Source of the DNA: Pocillopora damicornis
Lineage: Eukaryota
Assembly: GCF_003704095.1 (NCBI RefSeq)
Contig: NW_020847110.1
Location: 1-64,000 of the forward strand
Length of the DNA: 64,000 nucleotides
Direction: 5' to 3'
Shown here: positions 23,001 through 37,300 of the stretch, one piece after another
Position numbering within the stretch: the stretch's first letter is position 1
Layout: each line of letters opens with the position of its first letter
Translations under genes and position numbers: made by a program
Notes under the pieces: model-generated
The model's database searches: none
Told to the model about the DNA's origin: nothing
Seen by the model: the letters and a program-made list of their open reading frames with translations, nothing else

Positions 23001-26000
23001 TTTAGCGTGCATCACAGAGATATAGAAGATATAGAGAGGCTTAAACCATGAAACGAAATTCCTCGATCAATCCACAAGGCTTTAGAATAATCACAGACTG
23101 AGATACAGAAAAAACCCGCATGTAAGAACATAGGTTTTTTCACGTTAACTTCCTTAGGTTATTATATAAATGGTGTTTATTGTGAATTTAGGCTATCTAG
23201 GTTCTTAATCACGTTCTAAATTTTTGTTGAAAAAAAAACAACATGTATTGGTGGGTGTGGGTGTGATACTGCGCTGTACACTAGTCTCATCGTGTCCTGC
23301 TTCACATGGTTGACTTGTATACGCAGTCTGGTATGTGCACAGCTATGGATGTATTGACAGTACAGTATTGTGGTCTTGACACTGCCGGTGTTCTGGTGGG
23401 TTTTTTGTTAACTTTCTGTATCGTATGCAATGTAGTGTATCAAATTTGGGCAAACTCTACATTCTAAAAGTAGAACTTGTTCTTTTAACAGGGGTTCTTA
23501 ACAGGGGTTCTTAACTGGGAAATTTTCGTCTTAACAGGTTCGTAAATTTTAGGTTCTTATACACGGGTTTTTACTGTAGTTTACTCTTGCTTGAGAAATT
23601 TTGCTCACAGGCAGTTTTAGGCTTGCGTTTGTTGTGAGTTAACGATGGAGGGTTTTTCCTTTCCTTTTTTAGCATTTAATCGTGTGAAAAATCACTCCAA
23701 CTGAGAAACCAACAACTCATTAAACCGTCGGGCTCCAACAAGCAATGTTCATTTCTATCCATGATCTAGCGTCCTACTTCGATGTCAAATTCAGATCCTG
23801 GGTTACCTACTCAACTTGTTCGTATACCTATTTATTTGACCTAATTTTAAAAACCATTTCCTGTGGTTTTTATGGGCTTTCATATTTGATAGAGCTTCCG
23901 CATCGCAAATTGTATTCAGATTTGGAGATTTAGTCTTTCAGAAATTGAAAACCACATAACAGAGGCTTAAGTTCATAAACTACTGCGCTAGGCTTTGTGT
24001 TAACATTGATAGTTTACTTCACCTTGAGTTATGTTTGATTCGATTAATTAAACATATAGAAGAGTTTTAACGTCCTTTTGGCATCATTTATAAAGATTTT
24101 CGTCGATTTGCCTCGATCCTGTACAACTGCTACAAGGTATGCTATGGTAGTCACATAAACGTAGCCGTTTGTCTGTGGTACTGAATTAGAGTGATTTTTT
24201 TTTTGTGGGGAACAGTATTTCGTTCGCTGTGAGGGAGATTAGTTAAAGTGTAAACATATTAACATAGAAATAGATCAATCAAACCAAAATAGGTCAAGAA
24301 TTGCTTAGATGGGTAAAATTGACATCGATTGATTACAAAACTGAGCTCAAAGTTGAAAAAGTTAAGTTTTAAAATAGCTGAGAATGCATGACAGTGATGT
24401 ATTTGCATCAAATCTCAACATTAAGCATAAACCGAAATTGATCTTCATGGTAAAAAGTAAAAGCGGAATGTTTTAAGAGCATTTATTGGGCCACAACTTC
24501 CCGTTAATGTTAAACTGAAGCATGAACAAACTGAAGTTGGTCTGCCATGTGTTCGGTTATTACGTAGATCGACATCCCAGATTATACGTTTACCTTCCCT
24601 TCCACGTATTCCATACTGAGTTATGGGATTTCCTTCAACTAACTAAATTTTTTAGCAAATCTACTTTATGTATCCGGTTGAAAGATCAAAAGTAGTCCGT
24701 ATATCTTCTTCCAATCTTCTGTAGCTTGCTATTTTATCACTTTAATCTTTCAGAGCTACATGAAGTTGTGATCAAGCAAATTATTGCATAATTAATTTTA
24801 AAAAAATACTTTAAAAAATCCTCAGAAACAGATTTTCACGGTTGAATTAAACTTTTTCGAGCTCTGAAACGTTAATATTGCGCTTTCAGTGTCTTTTATG
24901 CAGGTTTTTTTTAGTAGTATTATTTAAAAGAACGCTATCACGAATCAATGATGGTTTTGTCAGATTGGAGTTCGCTGATGACACCGCAATTGCAAGATTT
25001 TGTGTTTCACTCATCAGAAAAATTCGAGAAGATTTGCGCGTTTTAAATTTTTTCATGGGTATTAAGCACCTCTGTGGAATTAACTGTCTTCGATATTCGC
25101 TAACAATAACAAGTTGTTTTCCGCCTAAATCTTGAAAAAAAAAGTACCCCACGATGTTAATTTACTTTCTGCAGAATTGTTTTTTGTAATACATACCCAT
25201 TACTGCTTTTCATGCACGAGAAAAGAGTAAAACAACATTTTACACGACGATCATGTTTTCAAATAACTGAAAATAAATACCCAATCGTGGATTAATTGAT
25301 TTCTTTCCAAGATAAAGATTTGAAATGCCCTAAAAATGTCCTTACAGCGTAACAACAATACGCTCCCCCACAGATACTCAGCAAAGCTTTCTCAGTAAAC
25401 AATATCATTATGTGACTAATGTAAATGTGGTTGTACACCATTACTATAAAAAACGACATGAAAATGATTTCGGCTGAACGCTGTTTATGGAAACAGGAAC
25501 CGATGTTTTCCTTCGTTAAAAAAATAATTGAAACTTGGCCAAGGAAAAGTGAATAACATTCTGAGCAGGTGTAAAAACGATCGCTTAAGGTGCTTTCCCT
25601 TTCATCACGTACTTCTGTCATCATGACAAGTAGTTTTGGAATCGAAAGAGGATTGATATGAACGACAAATGCGTAAGTAAAATTAGAAAGTAGACAAAGG
25701 CTCTATGTGTACACAACTGTGCAATGACTCCAAGCGGGTTAATTTTACATTGATGCAAGTTTCCCATGTTATTTCGGCATTATATAACTGAGTGTCTAGT
25801 GTCAAGGAAAAATGGAAAAGTTAATTTTTCCCTGGCCATCACAGCAGAATTACGTTTTATAATGATATCAATATTTGAAATATGTGTAAAGCTTCTGCAC
25901 TTTCCACTGAAAATGAAGAAAGAAAGACGTGCGAGGTATGATAGAAACAGGTTGAAATTTGTCTCCTCTTGATGAATATCAGGCAGCCTCTAGTAAAGAT

Positions 26001-26999
26001 TGTCAAATCAAGCTTGAGCGATTCGTGACATCTTCCACGTAGACATCGTATGTTGAAGAATAGTGGTGTGGATAAATGGAAAAATTGAAAAAGGAAAGCA
26101 AAAATTCAACCCATATCAGAGGTGTTCTTCACTACTTTAATTTCGCCAAAAAATTTGATGACGCAAAGGAGCCGATTTAGCGCCAATGCTGAATTACATT
26201 GTTTTCCATATTTCATAGAGGTTACTCCCTGGAAAATCCGATTTTTCGCTTAAATAAAACATGTCATAATGTAACCCCATAAAAAAGAAAAGAAAAGTGA
26301 GTATGGAGACTTTGGCAGTAAGATAAGAATCACATCATAAGTTTATTCTGCTTGTATACGTATAAGTTCGAGGATGTCAGCGACGAAAAATCTAGCGAGT
26401 AACTATATTTGTTTAGAGCAGAGTTCACAAAGCTTGTAAGATCCACATAGGTTGTCCAAATTAACATCTAGAGAGTTAACACAGTGGGGAGTCTCAAAGG
26501 TCAGTTTTAAAATAAACAGCTATTTAAATTGTATCGTATCAGATACAGTATCTAAAATTTTGCAAGTATGACAACTTGAATGTGCATGAAATTCAACGGC
26601 ACAGAAAAATGAGAGTGAAATTTGCCAAGAATACCGACATTGGCTATGCAGACGGAACTGAAATCAGCCTTACACTTTGGTTCATTTTCGGACTCAGAAT
26701 TTTTTTCTTCACAGGTTCTGCCGCTTCTCACAGCATTAGAAAAAGAATTCTTCAGCGCTTAGGCCGAGATAATTACTTCGGTGGTAAGTCCGGATGAACA
26801 GATCATGTATATTGATCGAGTCAGCACAAAAATTTGATAAGTTGAACTGAGGCGAAATCTACTGTACCACTGTCCAATTATCTTGTCCTTCATATTTAAT
26901 CGTGATTTAGTTTTTTCCTTTTCTTTAGAAACAAAAAACAAAAAAAAAACAAAACAAAACAAGAGAATCACAGAGTCCACAGAAGGGCCGAACACCAAC

Positions 27000-29199
27000 A
27001 TGACTAGTCATGATGAGGAAACCTTTACTGGGAATTCAGTTTTTTGGAGCTACAGCGTGATCATGTTCCTCATTCTTTTATTCGGTTTCTTTGGTAATCT
27101 GTTCACCATAATAGTCCTTCGACACCGGGAACACCGCAAGAAAAGTATCACTCCATTAATGATGAACCTGGCCGTAGCAGATCTCATGATTGTCGTGTTT
27201 GGCTACCCAGCAGTCATCAGCAATAACATGCAAGGTCAAATGATGCGTACGGGAGGACCTCTTTGTATTTGGTCCGGGTTTATCAACGGTATAACGGGAA
27301 TTACATCCATCGGTACTCTAACAGCAATGAGCGGTGTAGTGTATCAAACTATCAAGAGAAACAACCCAAATTACTCCATTCCTAACAGACAAAACTTAGT
27401 CCTCATCATGGGCGCATGGCTGTATGGATTTGTCGCCTTGCTTCCTCCTTTGATAGGATGGAACCGGTTTGTGCCCGGTAAGGCCGGTCTTAGCTGTGCA
27501 CCTGATTGGACGACTCAGGACCTTGTGAGCACTGTGTATATCGTTCTGTTAGTCGCCGGTGGTTTCTTTATACCGTTTATAATGATAACAACGTTCCTTA
27601 CCATGACTCACAGGTAAGTAATAAAGAAAACGAAGAACTGACGTGGTGAACTTCTGTTCTGAACGTAATCCAATCTAATCATTTTAATTTGTTCAGTGCT
27701 GTAATAAACTTTAACCAAAAATAAATTCGATGAAATTTCGATGACATTTTCTTTTTTGCTGGCACTTTTTTAACATCATATTTTATAAATGCGCACACTT
27801 CATTTTTCCCGTTCAGTTCGCGGTTGGTTTAAATTTGAACAATATATCTGTTTACCGCCATTAACTTTCATAAGGGGAATGGGTAATGAAATGCACATGA
27901 GCCATCAATCGAGATAAAACGACCTGAGCCTCATGATCAGAATAAGATGGAGTGTCTGAAGTGTATGGTTTTTCAAATGGTTTTTTTAGCAGTTTTTATA
28001 TGTACTTTTAACCGATCCAGATGAAATGGGAAAATTTTGGCATTTATGTTTTCTGTGCCTTCAAATGTTATATTTGCCTATATTGGCCCATCTGATTACT
28101 TTAGTTTTTGGCCTTTGAAGCATTTTTTAATCGAAAACCACTCTACGGTGTTTAGCGAGGAAATAACGTCAATACTTATTAAAGCAGAACTGAGATACTG
28201 CGGGGACCCTGATTGATCAAAAACTTATCGTTTATTGCACAGGAAAACCCATAAAAAATTGAAACGTGCTGTGTTTTATTGTAAGTTTATGCTGTAAAAA
28301 GCAATAGACCACATTTTCTGTAGGTTTGTAGCGGTAATTAATCATAAAAACTACAATTTCCGTGAAGAGAAGAAAAAATTATTCATCTTGAAGAAAGCTC
28401 TTATTAAGGAGTCTGTATACTGTTTCTATTATGATTACAACCAAGGTTGTGATTGGTTGATTTGAACTACAACTTTGAATATGATTGGTTGATTTAAACT
28501 ACAAAAACAACTTGGCAAGTGAATTAGTGGAAAATAGGAGTTTTTTAAACCAATTAAAATCGAGGAAATTGTAATTTTTATTATTAAGCGGTATAATAAC
28601 CCACGAGGGAAGTTGGGAGAACACGACAAAAGTTTGTAAATCACGCGCCGGATTCAAGTGTTCTCTCAACATTCTTAATGGATAAACACTCCGGTAAGCT
28701 GATAGAAAGTGCATTCTTTTGCTTAATTGATTGACTTTCATTAATGTACCCGGGCTGTAAATAATATGCAACAAAAATTTGTTACTACAGATTGCTTAGA
28801 CGCTTTCCTGTGCCCTTGGATCCTTTCATCCTCGCACAACGCAGAAGATACCAACAAAGAACAGTGTTAATGATCATAGCAACCATGGTGGCCTTCTTAT
28901 TGAGCTGGTCACCGTATTGCATCGTTAGCTTCACGGCAACTATCAAAGGACACCATGTACTCACATCAGGTGAGGCAGAAATCCCTGAACTCATGGCTAA
29001 GGCCTCTGTTGTCTACAATCCAATCATTTATATCATTATGAATGAAAGATTTCGGCGGACACTCGTACGAATTATCATCGGTAACAACAGGCCGAGAGTG
29101 GCTCCGGATGAAGCAACAGATCATAACTTTATCATCTCAGCGCCAAGAAACTTTGGGAGAGAAAATAATCTGGTTATTACAACCACAGCAGAGATATGA
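27000..29199 (+). CDS. Opsin 3, ASO-II-like, ~340 aa; coding exons 27000-27613 and 28791-29199
   Basis: ATG at 27000 (MTSHDEE...). Motifs NLAVAD, PPLIGWNRF, SCAPDW, SWSPY, PELMAKASVVYNPIIY (Lys296 at 28999-29001). Intron AG|gtaagt...actacag|A. Confidence 0.93.
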
Positions 29200-29864
29200 G
29201 CTAACACTAGTAGTAATCATTGATTATGAAGTGCGTACGTGGTATAGATTAAAAGTGTTCTTTGGTTTTCGTTCTAACGCAGGCTTTACACGAATCAGGA
29301 ACGAATGGTTGGGTACCCATTACGCGGTTTGAGGTAAACTAGTTAAAACCAGAGGGAAACGTCTGCAGAGTAGTTGAAGGCTATATGGAAAATATTGTTC
29401 AGTAAAGAGACAGATGATGTTAGGAGCTGAACTGACAGGACTTTATTGATATTACAGAGAAGAACGTTTAACGGCTGCTGTATACCTTTTAACTGGAACG
29501 AGGTTTTCGTTTAAACTGTTAAGAAACGGCTCTTTCTCTAAAGGCGAGGTAGACATGAACTTCCAAGGGAAAGATCGGCGTGAAATGGTTTACTTTTCCT
29601 GAAAGAACACAATCCGTTTGTAATAATTTTCCTAATGTTCCAGATGCAACGCAAACTAATGGATAATGGATATTGGATAAAAGTTCCAGTTAAACCGCCT
29701 TCAATCTACTTCCAGTTGAACTACTTGGCACAAGGTGCGCGATTGTCATTTTCGCATCGGAATGAGACGTAGACAAAACAAGATAAATTATTCAAGATGG
29801 CGCAGAAAATGCAGACGTACGACGAAAATGAGTACCACATGTACAAAAGGTCATCCTTGAGTAC

Positions 29865-29918
29865 TACAGGAATCCCAACCGTATACCACAGGAATCCCAA
29901 CTGTATACCAGAGGAATC
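29865..29918 (+). repeat. Short tandem repeat, ~2.5 x 22 bp (ACAGGAATCCCAACYGTATACC)
   Basis: Read directly from the sequence. Confidence 0.75.
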
Positions 29919-30900
29919 CTAAGATTATGGGTTGCGTTCTCCTAGCGTGAAACGCAATAAATGTGAATAGATAATGTGCGCATTGCTTGACGGTGAGCCT
30001 TAGCTCTTGCACATGAATTCGAGGCTCACAGTTAAACACCAGAATCTTTTTAAACAGATTTTTTCATCAAGGGCCATTGTATAGCTAAAATCTCTCATAT
30101 TATTCAGTTTTAAACTGAGAAGCAAATCATAGAACAGGTCTGAAAATTTTGCCTTCTCTCTTCCTGAAAAAAAAAGAATGGAAAATTGTCCCATTCGTGT
30201 AAGCTTTGAATTGTTATACTTAAAAGGAACTTCCAGCATAGAAACAGGAAATATAAAGTCTTTCAAGTTGAGTTATTAAGAATACAAAGCTTTGAATCAG
30301 GCCAAAACAGGCCTTAAATGTTCCTTGCCAATGTCTGTTTCGAAAATACAATAAAAAGATAGGTCACCGTGCTTGTTTAGGAGATATAACAAGCCAAACT
30401 TATTATGCCTGAACAAACATTTATGCCAATACTAGCTTTAATCTCGCGCGTCATTTTATCGGTTCACGGTACATTTTGCTGCGGCTGGAAGTCAGGGTTT
30501 TTGAAGTAACACTTTAAAAAACTTGATAGGTAGAAAGTCTCGATCGTATGGAACGATTTAATTAATAATTTGTCCGAAAATCACGCAAATACAAATGATA
30601 TAGACACAAAACGTTCATCGAGTCGTTCCTTTCAAGGTCATAATTTGCATCCTCGGGTAACGGGCTTTGTACACGCTTTTAGCTTTATCTTTTTTCCATT
30701 CGAAGAATTTTTTTTTTAACTTCTTAGGTTGAAAGGGGATAAATTGTACACCAAAATTATGCAAACAAAAAGTTATCAGGCACTGTGCTTGTTCAAGAGC
30801 TAAAGATTATCGGTCCATTTTATTTGGTCCATTGATTGAAAAACAATACCGTGTTCTCGGAATGCGTGCGCGCTTATTCGCCTGATTACGTGATTTTCAT

Positions 30901-30970
30901 GCGCAGTAGAGGGTGCGCAGTAGAGGGCGCGCAGTAGAGGGTGCACAGTAGAGGGTGCGCAGTGGAGGAT
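30901..30970 (+). repeat. Minisatellite, 5 x 14 bp (GCGCAGTAGAGGGT)
   Basis: Five consecutive units read directly, each with 0-2 mismatches. Confidence 0.92.
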
Positions 30971-33900
30971 GCCTGAGGAATCACCATAAGCACAACTGTT
31001 TCAGAGGCACTGACAGCAGCCGGAAAACACTTTTCATTCCTAGTGCTCACTACGCTTTTCTGGTTTTTCAATTTGGAATAAAATGCTAACACGATGACTT
31101 TACAGTCTACTTATTGGCGTCATAACTGTCATTCTTCCTCAGGATGCCTTTCGTGTCTTTAAACGTCTTTGAGTTTAATTCTCTTTCATCAAGTGCATGA
31201 CGTGCACGTGGATGACAAGGGGCAGTTCAAGAGTCCAATTTCAAATTTTATCTTTTTCTGCATTTTGCTGTTATTTTTAAGTTCTGAAATTCATTCACAA
31301 GTGGATTTCATGGTATACAACGGCAAAAACTGAAATTACTCGGGTAATGACATTTGCGCCACCTACTCATCTAACAATCAGGGCTTAGCGTTAATCAATG
31401 CATTTTCGTTCTTTTCTTGCTATGATTTCACAGGAGCCCTTCAGAACTTGTGACAAAAAAGGTTACTCTTGATTCCTCGTGGTCATCGATCACTAAACTT
31501 TTTTTGAGACACTCTACGTATTGCAGGGATCAAGGCAGTGGCTCTGTAACCAGCCTCAGTGAACTCTAAGAAGTCGATCAAGGTTCGTGATTCTCGTTGG
31601 TGTCCTCTGCAAAACAACATCACATAATTATTTAGGTTGTCATCACTTTCGCCTTCGTATGATGGCTAATCAGTTCTGTTGGCGCATTAGGTAGTAAATG
31701 CGCGATGGAATGATTGCCTGTGCTACTCTTACAAGCACACGTAACCAACAGTTACATACAGTTTTACCTTTTAGAAGATCTCATACGAAAAATAGCCAGC
31801 GACCGTTTAATAAAACTCCACCAGCAATTTACACAAAATGTAATGCCAAGGGCCAAACATGTTTTCGTCCCCGTCTTTTAATCCTACGGCGGATACTTTT
31901 TAACGCGACATCAGCTGCGTTGGATTATTCGAAACGCCGTGTTACTTATTGCAAGAAATATAAAATATCGCTAAAAGAAAAATTGAAAAAAAAGCTTTGA
32001 CCGGTAATGATGCAGAAAGACAATCAATGGTCGTGATTAAGAAGATTGGCTCCTTTCAAAACCAAGTGACTTTGGGCTTTAAAAAACACAAACTGTCTGC
32101 GTCATTAGCGGCGCAACTGGATTCTAGTGGAAAAAAAAAGATTGTTTGGTTGAAAAAAAAGATTCACTTTGCAGCAATATCAGGAAAAAAATTTGATTTA
32201 TTGCAACTGATGTGTGCTTGGCTTATTTAAGGTTTTAATTGACAAGATTTCGGAAAGATTGTGATGCAATACTTTTCGTGCAAAAACGTTTTGACTGAAG
32301 AATCAGGTTTAAGTTACATGAAAAATTATATTAATATTCAAAGGCTTCTTTCTATTCTCTGACGTCTCGCTCTTTGTTTTTTATTGATCAGTCTTCATTA
32401 AAAAGTACTTTTTGCGCCTGCAAATGAAATTTGCATTTCACTTTCCCGTGCATGTTGCTTACAAGTTGTTGGCGAAAAATATTTTCAGCACACCTGACAT
32501 TTTTCATACCCATTCACGGCGATGTGTTTACATTGTGGTTTCTTCTCGCCTTATCGATCGACTCCATATTCTAGCATGATCCCAAGACCTTGGGTATAAA
32601 ATATTTATTTTCCCTAAAACACCCAGAAGAGATTTGAGGAAAAGCAAGACAATGATCAAATGGGAAACTTTCTCACGAAAGTGTAATGTTAACATAACGC
32701 GAATATTATGGCCTGATTTAAAGTATCGACTATGGGCTTGCTAAGTAAATCCTCATTGAATACGAGAAACGGTTTGACAAAGGAACAACATAATTATTTT
32801 CACACGCGTTTCAAGATTCAATTTTGACTCACAGGGAAACATAGCAGTGAGGTTGGATTTCCTTTGTGGATGTCACCATTTGATTCACAAAGGTAAGCTC
32901 TGAATTTTTGAGAATTTCATCGTATCTCGCTATTTTATCTGAAGAATGGGGAGAGTCTGTTATATTTGCTCCTTCGGAAAAATTCGTTTCATCAAAAGTA
33001 AATCCCCATATAAAGAGAAGAAAAGTTTGAAAAAGGAATAACAATTTACTTCCCGACGCGTTTTATAGTTTTTGAATTCTAGGAAAACAGATGAAGACGG
33101 AAATTTCCTTTTTTGATTGTCCCTATTCATTAAGGAAAGCACTATTTTAAACCAAACTTTTGCGTATTTCGATGGTTTATTTGAAGAATGACAAGAGTCC
33201 ACCGTATTTATTATCTTGGAATAATTATTCATTTTATCACAAAAAAATAACGGTAAAGAGCATTTTAAATAGAGAAATTAAGCCGCAAAAAACTACAGAG
33301 AAGACACAAATTTCTACAAGAAGTCAGTATAGGAAGAGTAAACTGATTCAAACTGAGGGAAGATTATTTGGCCATGGGTCATTGGATTATTTTGGCGATT
33401 GGCCACGAGCCGTCGCAATTTTTGCTCTTGAAAAGAAAACAATTTTCCACTATTCAATTAGGCTGAGGTAAAATGGTTACCAGATGGTCACAGATTAGAT
33501 TGCAATGGTTACCCCCCGCTTGAAATATCAGTAAAATATTTTCTTGTCATTTCATTTTCCACCATACCACTAAACTGGGCTGGTGGTAAACATTCACGTT
33601 CGAACATTTTGGTAATGTTTTGAGTATAATCATAATGAGGAAAAAATTGTGATACTTTTCGATATCATTGTTATCATTGTAATGACTGAAATGAAGCCAC
33701 TTGATAATAAACGCTCCTCATCTTCGGAAATAAACTGAGAATGGTCTGTTTCTAAAGGTTTCACTAACAAATTCTTAATTCGGTAATAGCGATTTGAGAA
33801 CTTCAGAAGGTCGCAGGTGCTACACATGATCCAGGATTAATGAACGAGTAGAAGGATGGAAGCTCAGGAAACGTCTTTCATATGAAAGACATAACAGTCC

Positions 33901-33987
33901 CAAAACCCATTCTCATAACTCATAGCGGTTAGTTCAAATTTTCAACATCTAGTTGTTACACTTCCGGAACATAACATAAACATTATA

Positions 33988-34337
33988 TTAATGCACCGGT
34001 CGATCGAAGCTTCAACATTCCCTGCCAGCCAACTCATACGCATTTGACCGTCGTCCGTGACCAGGATGTGGAAAATTTGAAACGTATTTGGCTGGAGTGG
34101 GAGATTTTGAACCAGAACACAAGTGTTATATCTTTAAATATGGAGGTGTTTAGGCTAAATAGTTCACTTTCGCGAGCATTTTCTGAGCGTGAGTGGGGCA
34201 TTTTAACACATTTTTTTGTCCGGGTTTGGGGGGGGGGATGAAGGGGGAATTTGAAAAAAAAAAACAATCATTAAAAGTTCAAATGCGTAGGGGGTTGCTC
34301 GTGGGGATGTTGAAGCTTTGAATTGATTGAAACATAA
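33988..34337. mobile_element. MITE family A copy (TIR ~TAATGCACCGATCAATTCGAAGCTTCAACATCCCC)
   Basis: Ends TAATGCACCGGTCGATCGAAGCTTCAACATTCCC and GGGGATGTTGAAGCTTTGAATTGATTGAAACATAA. Related copies at ~46387 and ~60480. Confidence 0.75.
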
Positions 34338-37300
34338 CCACTAGATTTAACAAGGGGGTTTAAGGGTATAAATTATTGTCAAATAACGGATTAGATGAAA
34401 ATAACATTGAATGCCATACAGTATCTTTTACAAAAATTTCGGTCGTTTATTGCACCTCGCTATCGACGTAATTCTGCGTAATTCTCCATTGGCTACGTTT
34501 CAAAATTCCGCTCAAACGCTGCACTAATTTTATAAATGCTTAGTGCCATTTGAAAAAAATATGACCAAGGAAACCGCAACATAGACATACTTTTGATTTC
34601 AATTACGTTTTGAAATGGAATAAGATTCTCAGGCTGTCAGGCTTCGACAAAATTCTCAAGCTGTGTTTGGGAATGAAAAAAAAAAAAAAAAAAAAAGAAG
34701 CCGCAATAAACGAGAATACATGTTTTTTAAACTTGTGACGATTGATTTTCGTAGGTCTTTAACTTTAATCCTGTGAAGACACAAAAATTCAAGCAGTGGT
34801 ATTTCCTAACTTTTTCACAAAGGACACAAAACTCCTTTCTGATCTCTATTTTCTTTCCTAATTTAGGCTGAAATTTTGACGCAACTTTAAAGCAGGGTTA
34901 CACTCCATTATCCTCCACGAAACGCTCCGCTACTTCCTTTTCACGTGATCGGCGGAAGATTTTATTTTTATATTACCACGAGTCATACGCAAAAAAAAAA
35001 AACTGAATACTCTTAACAGGAATCGAACATATGACCTCCTTATGAATGTGAGCTTCCTGGAAGCTACACGAGTGGCAAAAGTTGCAACAAATTCGTTAGC
35101 GTTTTGGTAACAACAGGCAACATTGAAATGGGGGAGAGGACACAAATAATAAAAAGGAGTAGAACGAGAGAAAGACTTTTCCCACTCATTGTAAGTCATT
35201 AAGAACAAATTCAAACTACAAACGATAAACGATAAAAATCCTGTATTAGGATTTGTCTGTCAGTGTAAATCCTTTACTTTGGACTACGATGTATCCTAAA
35301 ATTGTGGGATTGCGCCTTGAAGACACAAGTGAAAGTTTTCAAACTTAGTCCGGCAATAAAAACTCACCCGAAACGCTAGAGTGAACCAAAAATCGATTTT
35401 AATACTCTCTGTTATAACTTCTGAAGTCTTTTCAACGAGTAATGTGCGCTAAGCAAGTCAAAGTTCGGCAAAATGGTTAACTTTCCTTTGATCTGTCATA
35501 ATTGCATCAACCTACCGATCTCTATTGAAATGTAGATGATCGGAGGAAGCTCCGGAAGAAGGTAATTATTAATACTTGCGTTTAGGACTTCATGGATAGA
35601 ACGTTCATTGAAAAGAGTGACGTTTTACTCTCTTGAAACCGTTGTTTCGGAGCAAACGAGAAAGGTGTTCTTTCTTTCTGGTAAATAGAGTTACTCTAAG
35701 AATCCTGCCTTCGGCGCTGAGACTGCTAAGTCTGGAAATATCCATACATCTTCAACTGTTTTTGAAACGATATTATTGCAGCCTATCACAGACTTCAAAT
35801 TTACCATTTATCAGGGACTATTAGAAATAATTTTTCTTTGTTCTAATGGAACGATTTCAGAGAAGTCCGCAATTTTTACCACACGTTCGCCCGTCGAAAT
35901 GAGAAGTGTCAAATGTGCAACACGATTCAACCGCCGGAAAAATAAAAAAAAACCATACGATCAATTTTTAAATCCGGAATTGGAATCAATTTACCATAAT
36001 TGGTACAGTAAGTGCTCAAAGTTGTTATTCTAAATCTTATATTATTTTTTATCAGCGACTAAAACTGTACCGCAAACAAAAACAAAATTAAGATATTTGA
36101 TATCACTATCTGAATTCTTCAATACTAGCTGGCTGGAAAGATTTCATTGATGTGTGACGTGCTTCTGTAGAGTCGTTTAGCTTTATAAAAAACAAAAATT
36201 GCAACTTTCTCTCAGTCTAAGGTATTAAAATCCAAACCACTTTTTAATATTGACCTGGAACGGCTAATGGGAGTTTAAATTATTTTCAATGTCCGCTCTT
36301 ATGTAATACTCTAAATCAAAAAGCCCCCTATAACAAAAGCTCCGATGCCTCTGTTGTTTTGACATCTCGGAAAAGGTTCTTGATAAATGAAATATACCAA
36401 GTGTGTTTATTGGAACATGTGGCATTTAAGAACCAGAGGAACGTCATTTACTGCTAAGTTATGACTGACTATTAGAATGAAAAGCATGTATTAAAATAGT
36501 CGTCGAAACCACTAAAGGATAAAGAACACATCTTCCTCGTCATATCTTAAGCATTAATGTCGATCCAAAAGTCTCTTCTAAAACAAAGACCGATTCTTTT
36601 TTATCTAGTCTTGATAAAGGTCTTTGTCGCAATATTTCCCTTAATTGACTAAAAACCTTTTCAGCTTGCATTATTTATTAGACTTTTTGAATCCGGTTTT
36701 TGAATAAAATGGTATATTTTGAATTAACAAAACCACATGTGTACCCTGCTGACCGTATTCGAACGTGCAGAAAAATTCTGGACAGGTTCCTACCTGTCAT
36801 TTAAACCTGCACTTAAATATTTTAGCAAGAAATAACACTTTCTACGCCTTTTTCAAAACAAGTGAGTGGACACTTGAGCAGTACGTGACAAACATCTCTT
36901 AATTATAGGAGAACTGCTGTATTGTAAAGAGTTCGGGTTCACCACGTATGAGAAAACTGAACAAGAATACCGCACCGGCTTCTCACTACCTGTCATCTTC
37001 ATTAACACTAAGTCGAGTCAAAAGGTAGGTTTTATAAGTGAAAGGTTTATCTATTTCGAGTTAACAAAAAATCCCTCGTGGAATAAATTCACCATTCTTT
37101 TCAAACAGATCTGAGAGAATTCCCTTAACATTATTAACGTAGAACCAATCTCCTTCAAAACAGATTGAAACCACTGCTGCTTTCAAAACATCGCGTAGAA
37201 CCTTAAAAAAGCTACTAGACAAGTGATTTAGTAATTAAAAAAACTAGAACAATTTTTAGAGTCTATTGAAAACTGAAGGAATCAGTTCCGTGCAATGTCA

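Noticed and set aside
17100-26600. Hidden genes in the long spacers (also 29300-39600)
   Set aside because: Only short low-complexity ORFs and repeat fragments were seen and no consistent exon chain was found by eye; small exons or ncRNAs cannot be excluded.
26883-26999. N-terminal extension of opsin 3, and the ORF-track starts at 12862, 41223, 7174 and 28792
   Set aside because: These are read-through into introns/UTR or internal non-ATG starts; splice sites explain the real structure.
30901-30970. Possible CRISPR-like array
   Set aside because: The units are contiguous with no unique spacers, there are no cas genes and the context is eukaryotic; it is a minisatellite.
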